The translations under genes were made by a program, and so were the position numbers. DNA of 64,000 nucleotides, taken from NCBI GenBank assembly GCA_938004065.1, contig CALKWM010000013.1, forward strand, positions 2,457 through 66,456. The letters run 5' to 3'. The notes under the pieces are model-generated. The model saw nothing but the letters and a program-made list of their open reading frames with translations, was not told the origin of the DNA and searched no databases. This document shows positions 29,898 to 41,300 of the stretch, one piece after another. Position 1 is the stretch's first letter, and each line of letters begins with the position of its first letter. Source of the DNA: an uncultured bacterium (GTDB taxonomy: Bacteria > Patescibacteriota > JAHJAL01).

Positions 29898-30989
29898 ATG
29901 GTGTTGATATTGGGAATTGAAACTAGTTGCGATGAGACGGGAATTGCCATCGTGGAAGATGGGAGTAGGATTGTGTCCGAAAAATTAAAAAGCTCGGTTG
30001 ATTTGCAGGCGGAATACGGGGGGGTGGTACCGGAATTGGCTAGTCGGGTACATGTGGAGTATGTAAATATTTTGATAAAAGAGGCATTGGATGAGGCCGG
30101 TTTAACCATGACGGAAATTGATGCGGTGGCGGTGGCCAATGGTCCGGGATTGGTGGGAGCTTTGTTAGTGGGAACAATGGTGGCCAAGACGATCGGATTG
30201 GTGGAGAAAAAAAAGTTGATAGCGGTAAATCATCTGGAAGGACATATTTTCTCATCTTTTTTATCATTAGAAAAAAAAGATGAAAAGTTACAAGTATCAA
30301 GAATCAAGGATCAAGTTCTAAGTGAAGAAAAAAACAAGAAAATGATTTTTCCGATGGTGGTTTTGATAGTTAGTGGAGGACATACGGAATTGGTGTTGAT
30401 GGAAGATTATGGAGTGTATAAAATCTTGGGTAGTACGATTGATGATGCGGCCGGCGAAGCGTTTGACAAAGCGGCGAAAATTTTGGGATTGCCATATCCG
30501 GGAGGGCCGAGCATTGCACAGAGTGCTGTGCAAGTATCAAGTATCAAGGATCAAGGATCAAGTAATGAGGAGATAAATTTACCGAGGCCGATGTTGAATT
30601 CGAAAGATTATAATTTTTCTTTTTCGGGGTTGAAAACGGCGCTGTTATACAAAATTACTAATGATAAATTACAAATTACTAATGAAAAGATAAGAAATAT
30701 GTTGGCGTGGGAATTTCAGGAGGCGGTGTGCGATGTATTGGCCAAAAAAACCAAGCGGGCGATGGAAGATTTGGGAGTGAAAAGATTGGCGGTGGTGGGC
30801 GGGGTGGCGGCCAATCAAAGATTGCGGGAGAAATTGCATGAGACAATTGATGATGAGATTGCGATTCCGGAGTTTAAATATTGTACTGACAATGGGGTAA
30901 AAATTGCCACAGCAGGGTATTATAAGTATAGAGTTGGTAATTTTATCGATTGGCAGGATTTGGAGGTAAAGAGTAATTGGAGTTTGTAA
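29898..30989 (+). CDS. tsaD: tRNA threonylcarbamoyladenosine transferase, with heptamer-derived inserts
   Basis: GIETSCDET, GGVVPELASR.H, NHLEGH, VSGGHT, DDAAGEAFDK, FSFSGLKT, CTDNG. Confidence 0.97.
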   Translation: MVLILGIETSCDETGIAIVEDGSRIVSEKLKSSVDLQAEYGGVVPELASRVHVEYVNILIKEALDEAGLTMTEIDAVAVANGPGLVGALLVGTMVAKTIGLVEKKKLIAVNHLEGHIFSSFLSLEKKDEKLQVSRIKDQVLSEEKNKKMIFPMVVLIVSGGHTELVLMEDYGVYKILGSTIDDAAGEAFDKAAKILGLPYPGGPSIAQSAVQVSSIKDQGSSNEEINLPRPMLNSKDYNFSFSGLKTALLYKITNDKLQITNEKIRNMLAWEFQEAVCDVLAKKTKRAMEDLGVKRLAVVGGVAANQRLREKLHETIDDEIAIPEFKYCTDNGVKIATAGYYKYRVGNFIDWQDLEVKSNWSL

Positions 30990-31209
30990 AAATTACTAAT
31001 TGCGAATTACTAATGACAAATTTTAAATGGATAAATGGCCCAATAGTTAAATAGTTGGATAGTGCTAGAGTACTTTTTATAACTTATTAATTGTCAAATA
31101 TTAGATAGATCGAAAAGAAATTGATTAGAAATTTGAAATTAAAAATTATGACTTGGAGCTTTTTTTGAGAGTATAAATATTTTTAGCTAAATGTAAAAAA
31201 GGTTGAAAA

Positions 31210-33924
31210 ATGGACGATGATAAAAACATATCAATGGACAAGGCGTATGAGTCAAAAAAATTTGAAAAAGATATTTATCAAATGTGGGAAGAGGGCGGAT
31301 TTTTTGAAGCCAAGGTAGATAAAAATAGAAAACCTTATGTGATATCAATGCCACCGCCAAATGCTACCGGAGTGTTGCATCTGGGACATGTGGTATTTAT
31401 CTCAGTATCTGATTCGATAGTTCGGTATCAGCGGATGAAAGGAAAAAATGTTTTATGGTTGCCGGGAACTGATCATGCGGCGATTGCGACGCAAACAAAA
31501 GTTGAAAAGATAGTAGCCAAGCAAGAAGGAAAAACGAGACATGATTATGGTAGAGAAAAATTTGTGGAAAAAGTGAAAGATTTTGTCGAGAATTCCAGGA
31601 GCACTATTCGTGAACAACTGAGGAGAACCGGTGCCAGTTGCGACTGGAAGCATGAGGCCTATACTTTCTCGGAAGAATTGTCGACTGCGGTAAATACGGC
31701 ATTTGAAAAGATGTATCATGATGGTTTGATTTATCGAGGAAATCGAATTGTAAATTGGTGTCCGAGATGTCATTCCACATTGGCTGATGATGAGATAGAA
31801 TACAAAGAACAAAAAGCGGTGTTGTACACATTTAGATATGCATCGGATTTTCCCTTTGAGATAGCAACTACCCGTCCGGAAACGAAACTCGGGGATACGG
31901 CGGTGGCGGTTAATCCTGATGATGTTCGTTATCAAAAATATATCGGTCAAGAATTTGAAGTTGATTTTTGTGGACAAAAATTAAGACTAAAAGTGATTGC
32001 CGATCTGGAAGTTGATATGGATTTTGGAACTGGTGCTTTGGGTGTTACTCCGGCGCATAGTTATGTCGATTTTGATATGGCGCAAAAAAACAATTTGCCG
32101 GTGATCAAGGTGATTGATGAAGATGGCAAAATGAATGAAAATGCGGGTGAATTTGCCGGTATGACTGTTTTGGAAGCGAGAGACAAGGTGGTGGAATGTT
32201 TGAAAGAAAGTGGTTTAATGATAAGTCAAGTGGAAATTGATAATAATTTGTCTGTTTGTTACCGGTGCGAAACGTCGATTGAACCGCTGACGAGCGAGCA
32301 GTGGTTTGTCGATGTTAACAAAAAAATTACCGGATGGAAAACAGACCGGATCAAAGGGTTGGTGGAGGGAGAGAAGTATTCTTTGAAAGATGTCTCGAGG
32401 ATGGTGGTAAAATCAAAACAAATCAGATTGTTGCCGGATAGATTTGAAAAAGTGTATTTCGGTTGGATGGACAATTTGCGGGACTGGTGTGTTTCCAGAC
32501 AGATTTGGTGGGGACACCGTATTCCTGTTTTTTATCGAAAACTTAAATCAACTAGCGAGTATCAACTAGAGAGCATCAAGGAAAATGATATTTATGTCGG
32601 GACAAATCCTTCCGGGGAGGGGTGGGTGCAAGATGAGGATACATTGGATACCTGGTTTTCTTCCGGTCTATGGACTTTTTCTTCACTGGGCTGGCCAAAA
32701 CAAACACCGGATTTGAAGTATTTTCATCCGACGGATTTGATGGTAACCGGTCGGGAAATTATCTTTCAATGGGTGGCCAGGATGATTTTGATGTCAACTT
32801 ATTTGGTGGGTGAAATTCCGTTTCGAGATGTTTATCTGACTGGTATTTTGTATGACAAAGATGGGAACAAGATGAGTAAATCGCTGGGAAATGCAATTGA
32901 TCCTTTGGAGATGATTGATCAGTATGGCACTGATGCTTTGAGGTTGTCGGTGATCGGAGGCATTGCTCCCGGGGTTGATTTCAGATTTCACCATGAGAAA
33001 ATTGTCGGGCAGAGAAATTTTGTCAATAAATTGTGGAATGTAAGTCGGTTTATTATCGCCAATTTGGACGCAAGTGTTGGCAGAGAAAAAATTGTTAGGA
33101 AAAATATCGAAGAAATCGATTTGCGAGATGAAGACAAATGGATTTTGTCGAGACTCAGTAAAGTTGCAAAAAGTGTATCCAAATATTTGGATGAATACAA
33201 ATTGAGTTTGGCGATAGAGAGTCTGCATGAATTTATCTGGAGTGATCTGGCTGATTGGTATGTGGAGATGGTAAAAGGTGATTTAAATAGTGAAAATAAA
33301 CAGCGGAAAATTGATGTGCAAAAAATTTTGAGTTTTGTTTTGACTAACACTTTAAAATTGATGCATCCGTTTGCACCGTTTGTGACGGAAGTTATCTGGA
33401 ATAATTTATCAAAAGATGGCTGGGGTAAGTTGATTGTGGCAACTTGGCCGGATGATTTGGATTTTGTCGATGACGTGGCGGAAGAGAAAATAAAGAATAT
33501 TCAAGAAATGGTGGTGGGGGTGAGAAACTTAATTGCGGATTTTGGGATGGCAAATGAAAAAAATATGAAAGTATTTTTGAAATTCGGTACCAATGTTGAT
33601 GCCGAGATAGTCGGTAACCAGATTGTTAAATTGGTTAAAAATATTTCAGAATATGAGGTTGTTGACGAGATAGGTGATGAATTGGTAAGTGGAATATATA
33701 AAATCGGGTCGGCAGGGTTGGAAATAAGTCAGGAGGTAAAAGAAGCACAGAGAAAGAGGGTTCTGGAAGAGGTGGAAAAATTAACCAATTATGCACAGAT
33801 GTTGGGGAAAAAATTGGCCAATGAAAATTATGTCAAAAACGCTCCTGGCGAAGTGGTGGAGAAAGATCGGAAAACCTTGGCGGAAATTGAGGAGAAGCTG
33901 GGGGAATTAATAAGTAATAAGTAA
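31210..33924 (+). CDS. valS: Valyl-tRNA synthetase
   Basis: PPPNATGVLHLGH, DWCVSRQIWWGHRIP, KMSKS, C-terminal coiled coil LANENYVKNAP. Confidence 0.99.
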   Translation: MDDDKNISMDKAYESKKFEKDIYQMWEEGGFFEAKVDKNRKPYVISMPPPNATGVLHLGHVVFISVSDSIVRYQRMKGKNVLWLPGTDHAAIATQTKVEKIVAKQEGKTRHDYGREKFVEKVKDFVENSRSTIREQLRRTGASCDWKHEAYTFSEELSTAVNTAFEKMYHDGLIYRGNRIVNWCPRCHSTLADDEIEYKEQKAVLYTFRYASDFPFEIATTRPETKLGDTAVAVNPDDVRYQKYIGQEFEVDFCGQKLRLKVIADLEVDMDFGTGALGVTPAHSYVDFDMAQKNNLPVIKVIDEDGKMNENAGEFAGMTVLEARDKVVECLKESGLMISQVEIDNNLSVCYRCETSIEPLTSEQWFVDVNKKITGWKTDRIKGLVEGEKYSLKDVSRMVVKSKQIRLLPDRFEKVYFGWMDNLRDWCVSRQIWWGHRIPVFYRKLKSTSEYQLESIKENDIYVGTNPSGEGWVQDEDTLDTWFSSGLWTFSSLGWPKQTPDLKYFHPTDLMVTGREIIFQWVARMILMSTYLVGEIPFRDVYLTGILYDKDGNKMSKSLGNAIDPLEMIDQYGTDALRLSVIGGIAPGVDFRFHHEKIVGQRNFVNKLWNVSRFIIANLDASVGREKIVRKNIEEIDLRDEDKWILSRLSKVAKSVSKYLDEYKLSLAIESLHEFIWSDLADWYVEMVKGDLNSENKQRKIDVQKILSFVLTNTLKLMHPFAPFVTEVIWNNLSKDGWGKLIVATWPDDLDFVDDVAEEKIKNIQEMVVGVRNLIADFGMANEKNMKVFLKFGTNVDAEIVGNQIVKLVKNISEYEVVDEIGDELVSGIYKIGSAGLEISQEVKEAQRKRVLEEVEKLTNYAQMLGKKLANENYVKNAPGEVVEKDRKTLAEIEEKLGELISNK

Positions 33925-33958
33925 CAGGTTAAATGGTGTTGTAATATGGATATGATTT

Positions 33959-33984
33959 GGAGCAGACTGATTTTGGTCTGCTCC
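33959..33984. terminator. Hairpin between convergent valS and the 3D gene
   Basis: GGAGCAGAC...GTCTGCTCC. Confidence 0.65.
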
Positions 33985-33992
33985 TAACTTTT

Positions 33993-34475
33993 TTATTTTA
34001 TAAATTCTATTTCCATTTCCATGACCCCGAGTTGTGTGCAGAGGTCATGGTTTTCCGGGCCTCCCATAAATATATCCACTCGATCACCCGAGATATAATC
34101 CGGATTTCCCGTGTCTTCAAATGTGAAGACTTTTTGGGATCCGTCGGTGTGATATTGCAGATATTCCATACCGGATGGAACGGAAACAAATATGGCTTTT
34201 TTACCGAGCCATTTTTTGTCTCCGGCCAAAGTCTGGCCGGCCACCGGTACGGTTTGAGAGGCGGTTAACCCGATTTCGGACCAACTACCGCAACAAATCG
34301 GACAGGAACAATAAAAAGTAACCGTTACTTTTTTGGTTGTTGCTTCCGATTGGCAGTTGGTGGTAGTCGGGATGGTTTTGCTGGCAAGAGAATGTTTGGT
34401 AACATTTTCATGCGGCAAATCCATACCGGAAAAAAGAAATAGAATTATTAATACAATTTGTGGCATATTTGCCAC
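33993..34475 (-). CDS. 3D-domain (MltA-like, cell-wall) protein
   Basis: VTFYCSCPICCG, TASQT, TLAGD, EDTG, RVDIFM motifs; GTG start with AGGAGG SD. Confidence 0.75.
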   Translation of the reverse strand: MANMPQIVLIILFLFSGMDLPHENVTKHSLASKTIPTTTNCQSEATTKKVTVTFYCSCPICCGSWSEIGLTASQTVPVAGQTLAGDKKWLGKKAIFVSVPSGMEYLQYHTDGSQKVFTFEDTGNPDYISGDRVDIFMGGPENHDLCTQLGVMEMEIEFIK

Positions 34476-34612
34476 CTCCTAAAAAATTTTGCCCCGATTA
34501 AATATAAAAGTATAATAAAGATATAAATATCGAGGCATTTTTTTTAAGAGCATCTTCACATGAAATTGTAGGTTTATATTATCATAATAATTAATAATAG
34601 TCAAGGAAAATT

Positions 34613-35533
34613 TTGAATAAAATTGTCAAAAATTTGTTAATGGGGTTGTTGATATTCGTACTGGTTGTGGCAGGCGGTTTGCTGGGGTGGTATTATTCCA
34701 AATCATGGCGGGGGCAAAAATCAGCTCTATATCTCGAGAAATCGGAGCAATATATCGAACAAAAAAGTAGTAATGCTTTGTGGGAATTGGAGAAGGCGTA
34801 TTTGATGGGGATGAATTATGGTGATTATCAAATAAAAAAGGCCTTGGCTCTACTAAAGTTAAATGATGAACGAGCAATCGCACAAGCCAAATTGACGATC
34901 GACAGAGGGTGGGTTAGTGATGATTTGTATTTTTGGTATGGCAAAAGGTTATTTGAAATTGGAGATTATGTAAATGCGGAAAAGCAGTTTTTGAAGATTT
35001 CGGATGATTTGGACGAAAGTAATATCGATGAGTATTATGAGTATATGGCATTTTTGGCCGGTAGCCATGGGAATTTTTCTCAAGCGGTGGAGTTTTTGGA
35101 TAAGTCGTTGGTAAGTGAAAATGAGTTGGCAAATAATATGAAGATATTTTTGGATGCGGTAAATGATAATTGGACAGAGATTGATAAGCTGGAGCTTGCG
35201 GATGAGATGAAGAAAAATTTGGATGAACTGGAAAAAATGAATGGGGATTTGTATGTTTTAAAGTTGGCGGACGTGGCTAATGATATGGGTTTGTCGAGCT
35301 GGTGCCGGGCTTTGATCGATGGTCAACAGTGGAAGGGGGTAAACAATAAATATATCTATCTGGTTTATGCTCGATCGTATTTGGTAGAAAATGATTGTGG
35401 AAATGCATGGGAATATCTAAAAAACGTGGAGGAAGACGATAGTATCGATGAAGATTTGCATATCTTGTTGGCGCAAACGTATAAATGTTTGGGAAATGTG
35501 GAGTGGATGGAATGGGAAGAGGGTAAGCAATAA
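34613..35533 (+). CDS. Membrane-anchored TPR-like protein
   Basis: N-terminal TM; helical repeats such as YGKRLFEIGDYVNAEKQF and GNFSQAVEFLDKSL. Confidence 0.65.
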   Translation: MNKIVKNLLMGLLIFVLVVAGGLLGWYYSKSWRGQKSALYLEKSEQYIEQKSSNALWELEKAYLMGMNYGDYQIKKALALLKLNDERAIAQAKLTIDRGWVSDDLYFWYGKRLFEIGDYVNAEKQFLKISDDLDESNIDEYYEYMAFLAGSHGNFSQAVEFLDKSLVSENELANNMKIFLDAVNDNWTEIDKLELADEMKKNLDELEKMNGDLYVLKLADVANDMGLSSWCRALIDGQQWKGVNNKYIYLVYARSYLVENDCGNAWEYLKNVEEDDSIDEDLHILLAQTYKCLGNVEWMEWEEGKQ

Positions 35534-35583
35534 GCAATAAGCAATAAGCAATAAGCAATAAGCAATAAGCAATAAGCAATAAG
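35524..35583. repeat. Perfect (TAAGCAA)x8 tandem repeat overlapping the TPR gene stop
   Basis: 8 exact copies plus TAAG. Confidence 0.97.
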
Positions 35584-35636
35584 GGTTATGGAGGTGAGGG
35601 GAGAAATGGATAATAAATATATGTAAGTAAATCAAG

Positions 35637-35660
35637 AAAAAACGCCATAGGTGGCGTTTT
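35637..35660. terminator. Bidirectional terminator
   Basis: AAAACGCCA TAGG TGGCGTTTT between convergent genes. Confidence 0.65.
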
Positions 35661-35687
35661 GGTTTGAAAATTATTTGATATATCCTC

Positions 35688-37457
35688 TTACTCTTTGGTG
35701 GCGGACCAAACTTCGGGCATGGTGGTGTGTCCTTGGATAACTTTCATCAGGCCATCTTGTTCCATGGTAGTCATACCATCTTCGAGAGCGGCTTTTTGTA
35801 GCGAGGAAAGGGAGAGTGATCTTAAAACCACTTCTTCAATGCGAGGAGTAACGACAAATGTTTCGATGATAGCGATTCGGCCGGAAAATCCGGTATTGTT
35901 GCATTTGATGCATCCTTTGCCTCTTTTTAATATTTTTGGGACTTCATTTATACCTCGACGTTTGGTGTCGGGGATTTTTTGAAAAATATTGACCATTTCC
36001 TGGTGTATGAGCGAGTCTATCTCGTATTCTTCCTGGCAGTTTTGACATATTCTACGAACAAGTCTTTGAGCGATGATCAGATTGATTGAGCTTATGATGA
36101 GGTATGGTTTGACACCCATTTCAATCAAACGGGGAATGGCACCGGCGGCGTTGTTGGTGTGGATAGTGGATAGTACCAAATGACCGGTCAGTGATGCTTG
36201 AGTGGCGATTTCGGCGGTTTCCGGATCACGGATTTCACCGACTAGAACGATATCCGGATCTTGACGAAGGATAGAGCGTAAGCCGGAGGCGAATCCATAG
36301 TTTTTTTCGTGATGAACTTGGCTTTGGGAGATGCCACTAATTCGATACTCGACCGGATCTTCGAGGGTGATGATTTTATCTTCGGGATTGTTTAATTCTT
36401 GTAAAATTGCGTAGAGAGTGGTGGTTTTACCGGAACCGGTAGGACCGGTGTTTAGTATCAGACCATTGGGTTTGTGGATAGCGTTGTTGATAACCAGATC
36501 GATATCTTCGGGAAAACCAAGTTCTTTTAGACTGACGAATTTTTCTTTTTGTTCCAACATACGCATTACGGTGGATTCACCGTAGATGGTGGGCAGGATA
36601 GAAACACGAATGTCAAATTTGGAGTTGGCGGCGGTAATTGAGAAACGTCCGTCTTGCGGGATATCAGTTATATCCAGTTTTAATTTGGATAGATATTTCA
36701 AGCGAGACATCAGAGGTTTGAAGGCCACTTTGTCCAGATAGGCAATATCTTGCAGTACACCATCCATACGATAGCGCAAACGAATTTGGGTTTCGGTGGG
36801 TTCGATATGGATGTCCGATGCGCCGATTTTGACCGCACCGGTCATAACAACATCAACCAGTTCGGTGGTTGAGACGGTTTTGATTCGTTCTTTGAGTTCA
36901 GATAAACTTGATATTTGTTCTTCAAATTTGGATTCATCTTCCTCGGTAACCATGATTTTTTCGGTTTCTCGTTTATCGGGGGAAACCAATTCATAGAGCT
37001 TGAGGGCAAAATCAATACTCGATTCGGAAGTGATACTGACCAAAAACTCAAATCCGGAGGCGTCTTGAAGTTTTTTTAGAACCTCCATGGTGGCTTGGTT
37101 GTATTCGGTGCTGGCAATACGAATTTTTTTTCCGGCTTTGAGATAGGGAACAACACGGTATTTTTGAGCGATGTCTTTGGGAATTATTTCCATCACTTCC
37201 GGACTGATGGGGTAGTTGAGTAGATTGACATACGGCAAATTGGCTTGTTTGGCTTTTTGCTGGACAAATTTTTCCTCTTCTTCTTGTTGGAAAGATTTGA
37301 TGACACTCGATACTTTGGTGGCTTTACCTCTGCCCAAGTCTTTGGCTTTTTGCTGAGTGGACATGACTTGTTTTGATGCTTCGATTTCTTCGCGCATTTT
37401 TTGCTGAAGCCGTTGAGGAGTATCACCTTGGGTTATTTGTTGTTTGTCGTCAGGCAT
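35688..37457 (-). CDS. pilB: Type IV pilus assembly ATPase PilB/GspE family
   Basis: ASDIHIEP, PQDGRF, GPTGSGKTTTLY, TLEDPVEY, LRQDPD..VGEIRD, CQNC/CIKC Zn site; start reset to MPDDK because the longer N-terminus is repeat-derived. Confidence 0.9.
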   Translation of the reverse strand: MPDDKQQITQGDTPQRLQQKMREEIEASKQVMSTQQKAKDLGRGKATKVSSVIKSFQQEEEEKFVQQKAKQANLPYVNLLNYPISPEVMEIIPKDIAQKYRVVPYLKAGKKIRIASTEYNQATMEVLKKLQDASGFEFLVSITSESSIDFALKLYELVSPDKRETEKIMVTEEDESKFEEQISSLSELKERIKTVSTTELVDVVMTGAVKIGASDIHIEPTETQIRLRYRMDGVLQDIAYLDKVAFKPLMSRLKYLSKLKLDITDIPQDGRFSITAANSKFDIRVSILPTIYGESTVMRMLEQKEKFVSLKELGFPEDIDLVINNAIHKPNGLILNTGPTGSGKTTTLYAILQELNNPEDKIITLEDPVEYRISGISQSQVHHEKNYGFASGLRSILRQDPDIVLVGEIRDPETAEIATQASLTGHLVLSTIHTNNAAGAIPRLIEMGVKPYLIISSINLIIAQRLVRRICQNCQEEYEIDSLIHQEMVNIFQKIPDTKRRGINEVPKILKRGKGCIKCNNTGFSGRIAIIETFVVTPRIEEVVLRSLSLSSLQKAALEDGMTTMEQDGLMKVIQGHTTMPEVWSATKE

Positions 37458-37492
37458 GGTGAGAAGTAAGAAATAAGAAGTAAGAAGTAAGA

Positions 37493-37531
37493 AGTATGCG
37501 CCCAAGGCGCACCAGATGACTGGAAAAGTAA
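37493..37531. repeat. 39-bp double-hairpin element, copy 3, within a heptamer tract (~37462-37550)
   Basis: Exact match to copy 1. Confidence 0.92.
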
Positions 37532-37598
37532 AAAGTAAAAAGTAAGAAATGAAATCTATTATTAGAAAATTGTTGGGTTGTTATTTATTTTTTTTAAA

Positions 37599-37639
37599 AT
37601 CGTATTATTGTATCACATATGGTAAAAATATGCAAGGTT
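37599..37639 (-). promoter_or_regulatory. Putative pilB promoter
   Basis: Minus strand TTGCAT-N17-TACAAT with TG extension; 17 nt identical to 59838-59854. Confidence 0.55.
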
Positions 37640-37716
37640 TTTATGATTGGGAAAATCTGTACTCGAAGAGTATTTATGAGAGTGTGTTTTGGTTATTTTG
37701 TAACTAAAAATACTTA

Positions 37717-38322
37717 TCAAACCATGATTTGTATGGAAGCGGCTAAGGGTGTGTTGTTTTCTAAATCGTTGTCTGAGTAATCCGAGTAAATAAAGACCAT
37801 GTTTCCCACCAGGAGAGTTTCATATGTAATTTGTTGATTGGTGGGGTTTAGGTAAACGGTTTTTTTGTCGATTAAAAAATCAAATGAATTGTCTTGGGAA
37901 AGAATAGTTATTTTTTCCGGTGAAAGATGACTAATAATACCATTTATTGAATTTGGGGGCATAAGGACGACGTGGTAATTTTGATTTTCTGTTAACAAGA
38001 CTATGTGATCGGAGGTTTTTAAATCAGAAATAGTGATTGCTGTGTTGTCGTGAGTGTATGGATCGAATTTATCAATGTTGGTTATGCGATTGGTGTCGAT
38101 AGAGATGGATTCAAATTGGTTGGTGTAGAGCGATATTTGTTCGGGTTCAAGGGAAAAAATTTTGGCAAATGCTTTGTAGTCATTGGGGAGGGTATTGTTG
38201 GCTATTAATTTGGGATAGAAATAGATATTATGATAACTAACGATGAGGATGATAGTGGCAATGATGCAGGAAATAAAACAAAGGATTGTAAGACGTATTA
38301 TTTGTGATTCTTTTGAAAGCAT
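37717..38322 (-). CDS. Membrane-anchored hypothetical protein (two OB-like/DUF5666-like repeats suspected)
   Basis: N-terminal TM; ITISDLKTSDHIV and ITYETLLVGNMVFI repeats; start set at MLSKES. Confidence 0.55.
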   Translation of the reverse strand: MLSKESQIIRLTILCFISCIIATIILIVSYHNIYFYPKLIANNTLPNDYKAFAKIFSLEPEQISLYTNQFESISIDTNRITNIDKFDPYTHDNTAITISDLKTSDHIVLLTENQNYHVVLMPPNSINGIISHLSPEKITILSQDNSFDFLIDKKTVYLNPTNQQITYETLLVGNMVFIYSDYSDNDLENNTPLAASIQIMV

Positions 38323-38333
38323 GGAAAAAATTT

Positions 38334-41300
38334 TTAGAAGCCAATATGGACAGCATCTTCGCAGTTTGTTAGAAAAGGGTTTTGTCGGTCTTCGCATTTT
38401 TTGACAAAGATATTCAATACATCAAATCGATCTTCATACCAAACAAAATCGAATTTTTCTTTGGATTTGGGGGCGATTTTATCTTGGATAGTGGAGGCGA
38501 AATCGGAAAATATCTGTAGTGGGTAGTAATTTTTGATATATTCCCTAGGATTGTTCGTCATTTCCGGGTTGTTGATCGGGAATCCGTTTTCGTCAGCTGC
38601 TTCAACAATTTCTCCATTTTCGTTTTCCATGATGATATTGTATTTTAGGTGAGCTGTTTTATTGCGATCAAATGTTAAAACCATGTCCAGGAAGTGGATG
38701 ATGTTGTCTTGGGCGATTTTTTTCTTGCATTTGGTAAACACAAAGCCGGCAACGGGGTTATTGACCCAACTGCCAACGAAGCCAATGCCGATATTGGCTA
38801 CATTGAATCCGAGACCCATGTCAAAACTGGCCCCCAGATTTGTTAGTATTGATACATCTGCCTTCAGGAATTCTTTGATTAGATATTGGCTAGCAAACTG
38901 CATGATGGCTTCAGTTGGAAATTCACCATTTAGAATGCTCATGATAGAATTACTCATCAAACCACCCAGGGGACCATCAAGTTTGGAAAGCAGGTGTTTA
39001 TCTAAAAATTTCATCGACGTTTGTTTGATAAATCCGTCAATGTCGCCGTTCATCAGATTTTGGATACCGCCAATATCGAAATAATCGCCAAGTTCGCTTG
39101 ATTCAAGCCATTCGGTTATTTTGTCAGCGACTTTGGGTGAGGATAGGATGGAGTTGGCGATAGCTTGGGGATCGCCGCTAAGGGCGGCGTTGACGATACC
39201 GCCATAATCGCTCATGAAGCTTTGGAATTCTTCTTTGCCGATAGCATCTTGGAAAAAGTTGGCGGTCATGATGGTGCTAACCGCTTTTTGGGGGGTGATA
39301 TCGCCACTGGCGACGAGCCCATAGATACTGGAAATATCACCGAGTGTGCCGGGATCGATGTCTTGCAGTACGTTTTTTTGAATAAAATCCGATTGCAATA
39401 ATTTGGGAATATTTTTTGGGTCAGGTGGTACTCCGAGGGTGTTGGTAAGCTCCTGAACTACGGCTAGTTTTTCCAAGCCCGATTCGGATGTTATCTTGTT
39501 GGCCATGATTTCCATAACTGTGTCGGATGCTTTTTGAGGTGAAAAGTTTTGAACCAAATCTAGTAGTTGCTCCGGTCCGGTACCGATGGCGTCTCTGATT
39601 TCGTTGTTGATGTTAAATTTATCTTGAATGAGAGGAATATCTTCCAGGAGAGCAAAATAGTTGCCACTTTCGATGTCGGAATAGATTTTTAATGGATCAA
39701 CCCCATTGATAGCGATATTGCCATCCGGTCCGATGTTCCAGGTGGAATTATTTGAAAGATTATCAAAAACTCCGTTGTCTTTCAAAAAGCCGGTCATGGA
39801 TTTGATGCCAGTTTCGATGTCGCCGGTTTGCCATGATTTGACGATACCCATGGCGTTAGTCAGTTGAGTTAATTTGTTTTCCAATATTGCCTGGTCGCTA
39901 ACATCGGTAAACATACTGGCGATGTCAATGCCGGTCATACTGGCGGCGATAACTGTAACACCGAGGTTGGATAGATTTTCTTTGGCTTGATTGTCGCTTT
40001 TGCCGATACTATTTAAAGTGTTATAGATTGTTCCACTGCCTCCTAAAAAGGCGTTGTTGTCAAAGGTGGCATAAGTTGAGTCAGGAAGTTGGTAGCTGAA
40101 TTGATGTTTTTCGAGGAATGCGGTTTTTAGCGGGTCTTGGGAGAGAATGTTTTGAATTTGAGAGAAGCCGGAAGTGGTATTGGGTAGAGTCGGAGTGATG
40201 CGATTGTAAATATTTGATGGAAGATTTTGATTTATACCCGGAATTTGTTGGTTGTTGGAAGTAATCGGAGTGATAACAATTGGTTTTTCTTGGGCGTATT
40301 TGATGATATTGGTGGTGGTGCTAAGTAATTTGAAATTACCAGTTTGACTATGATAGTTGTTGTTGCCGCGGATTCCCGGGAGGGCGATTTCGGCGAGATC
40401 TACTTTGGGATAAGCGTAGTAAATCTCTCCGGGTTCAAAGTATTCGGAGTAAGTAGCGTTGATGGGGGATGGAAATGAAGTGCCACCGTAAGAGCTAAAA
40501 TAATCAGGATTTGTAGTGTTTTGGTCAGGAGAAAGTAGAGCGTTGTTTTTTTGTTCAAAGGTGGTAGAGTGGACAATTTCCAGTGAGTTTAAATCAACGT
40601 TCAAGGAACGTAGTACTCCTTGAAATTGAGTATCTGATGCGCCATTTTGGCCGGGTTTGGTGGTGGTATCAATGTAATCAATTTGTGATAACTCATCTTT
40701 TTTTACTCTTTCGGAAAAGGAAATTTTGATTGGCGCTACCAGATAACTGATTTCATTTTTGGCTTTGGCCGAGTCGCTGTTGGGATCGGAGATGGATTGG
40801 TCAATGGTGGATACTATGCGGTCATGAAACTGAGTGATGGGTTCGGAATTACCAAATTTTGTGGAATAATCTTGAGAAAGTTTTTGTAGTTCGGGGGAAT
40901 ATGCGTATGGATTGTAACCATAGCCATATGGTGAATAGTTGTTGAATGCGGGATTGGTGGATTCCGGTAAGTTATTGACAATTTGAATGTAGTCTTGCAG
41001 GTAGGCCAGTTTTTCAATGTCGGTTTTATTTAAATCGATGCCAAATTTATCCAGTTTGATGGAATTGGAAATGGCGGCCATCATGAGTTGCCCAGCTTGA
41101 GCGTTGTCGCCCGAGTAGGCCGGATTGAGACCGTAGTCAACCAGTAATTCCAGAGACTCGGGGGTGAAGTTGATGTTTTTTAAAGCGGCTTGCTCAAAAT
41201 CGATTTTGTTAAGCAGAGTGTTTTTGAAAGTAACAAATGGCATTGAGGTGGGGTTGTCAACGAAGTCTTTGATGAATTGCGCGTCTTCAGTATTGATAGC

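Noticed and set aside
35277-35635. Three overlapping minus-strand ORFs with LLIAYC repeats
   Set aside because: Antisense reading of (TAAGCAA)x8 over the TPR gene
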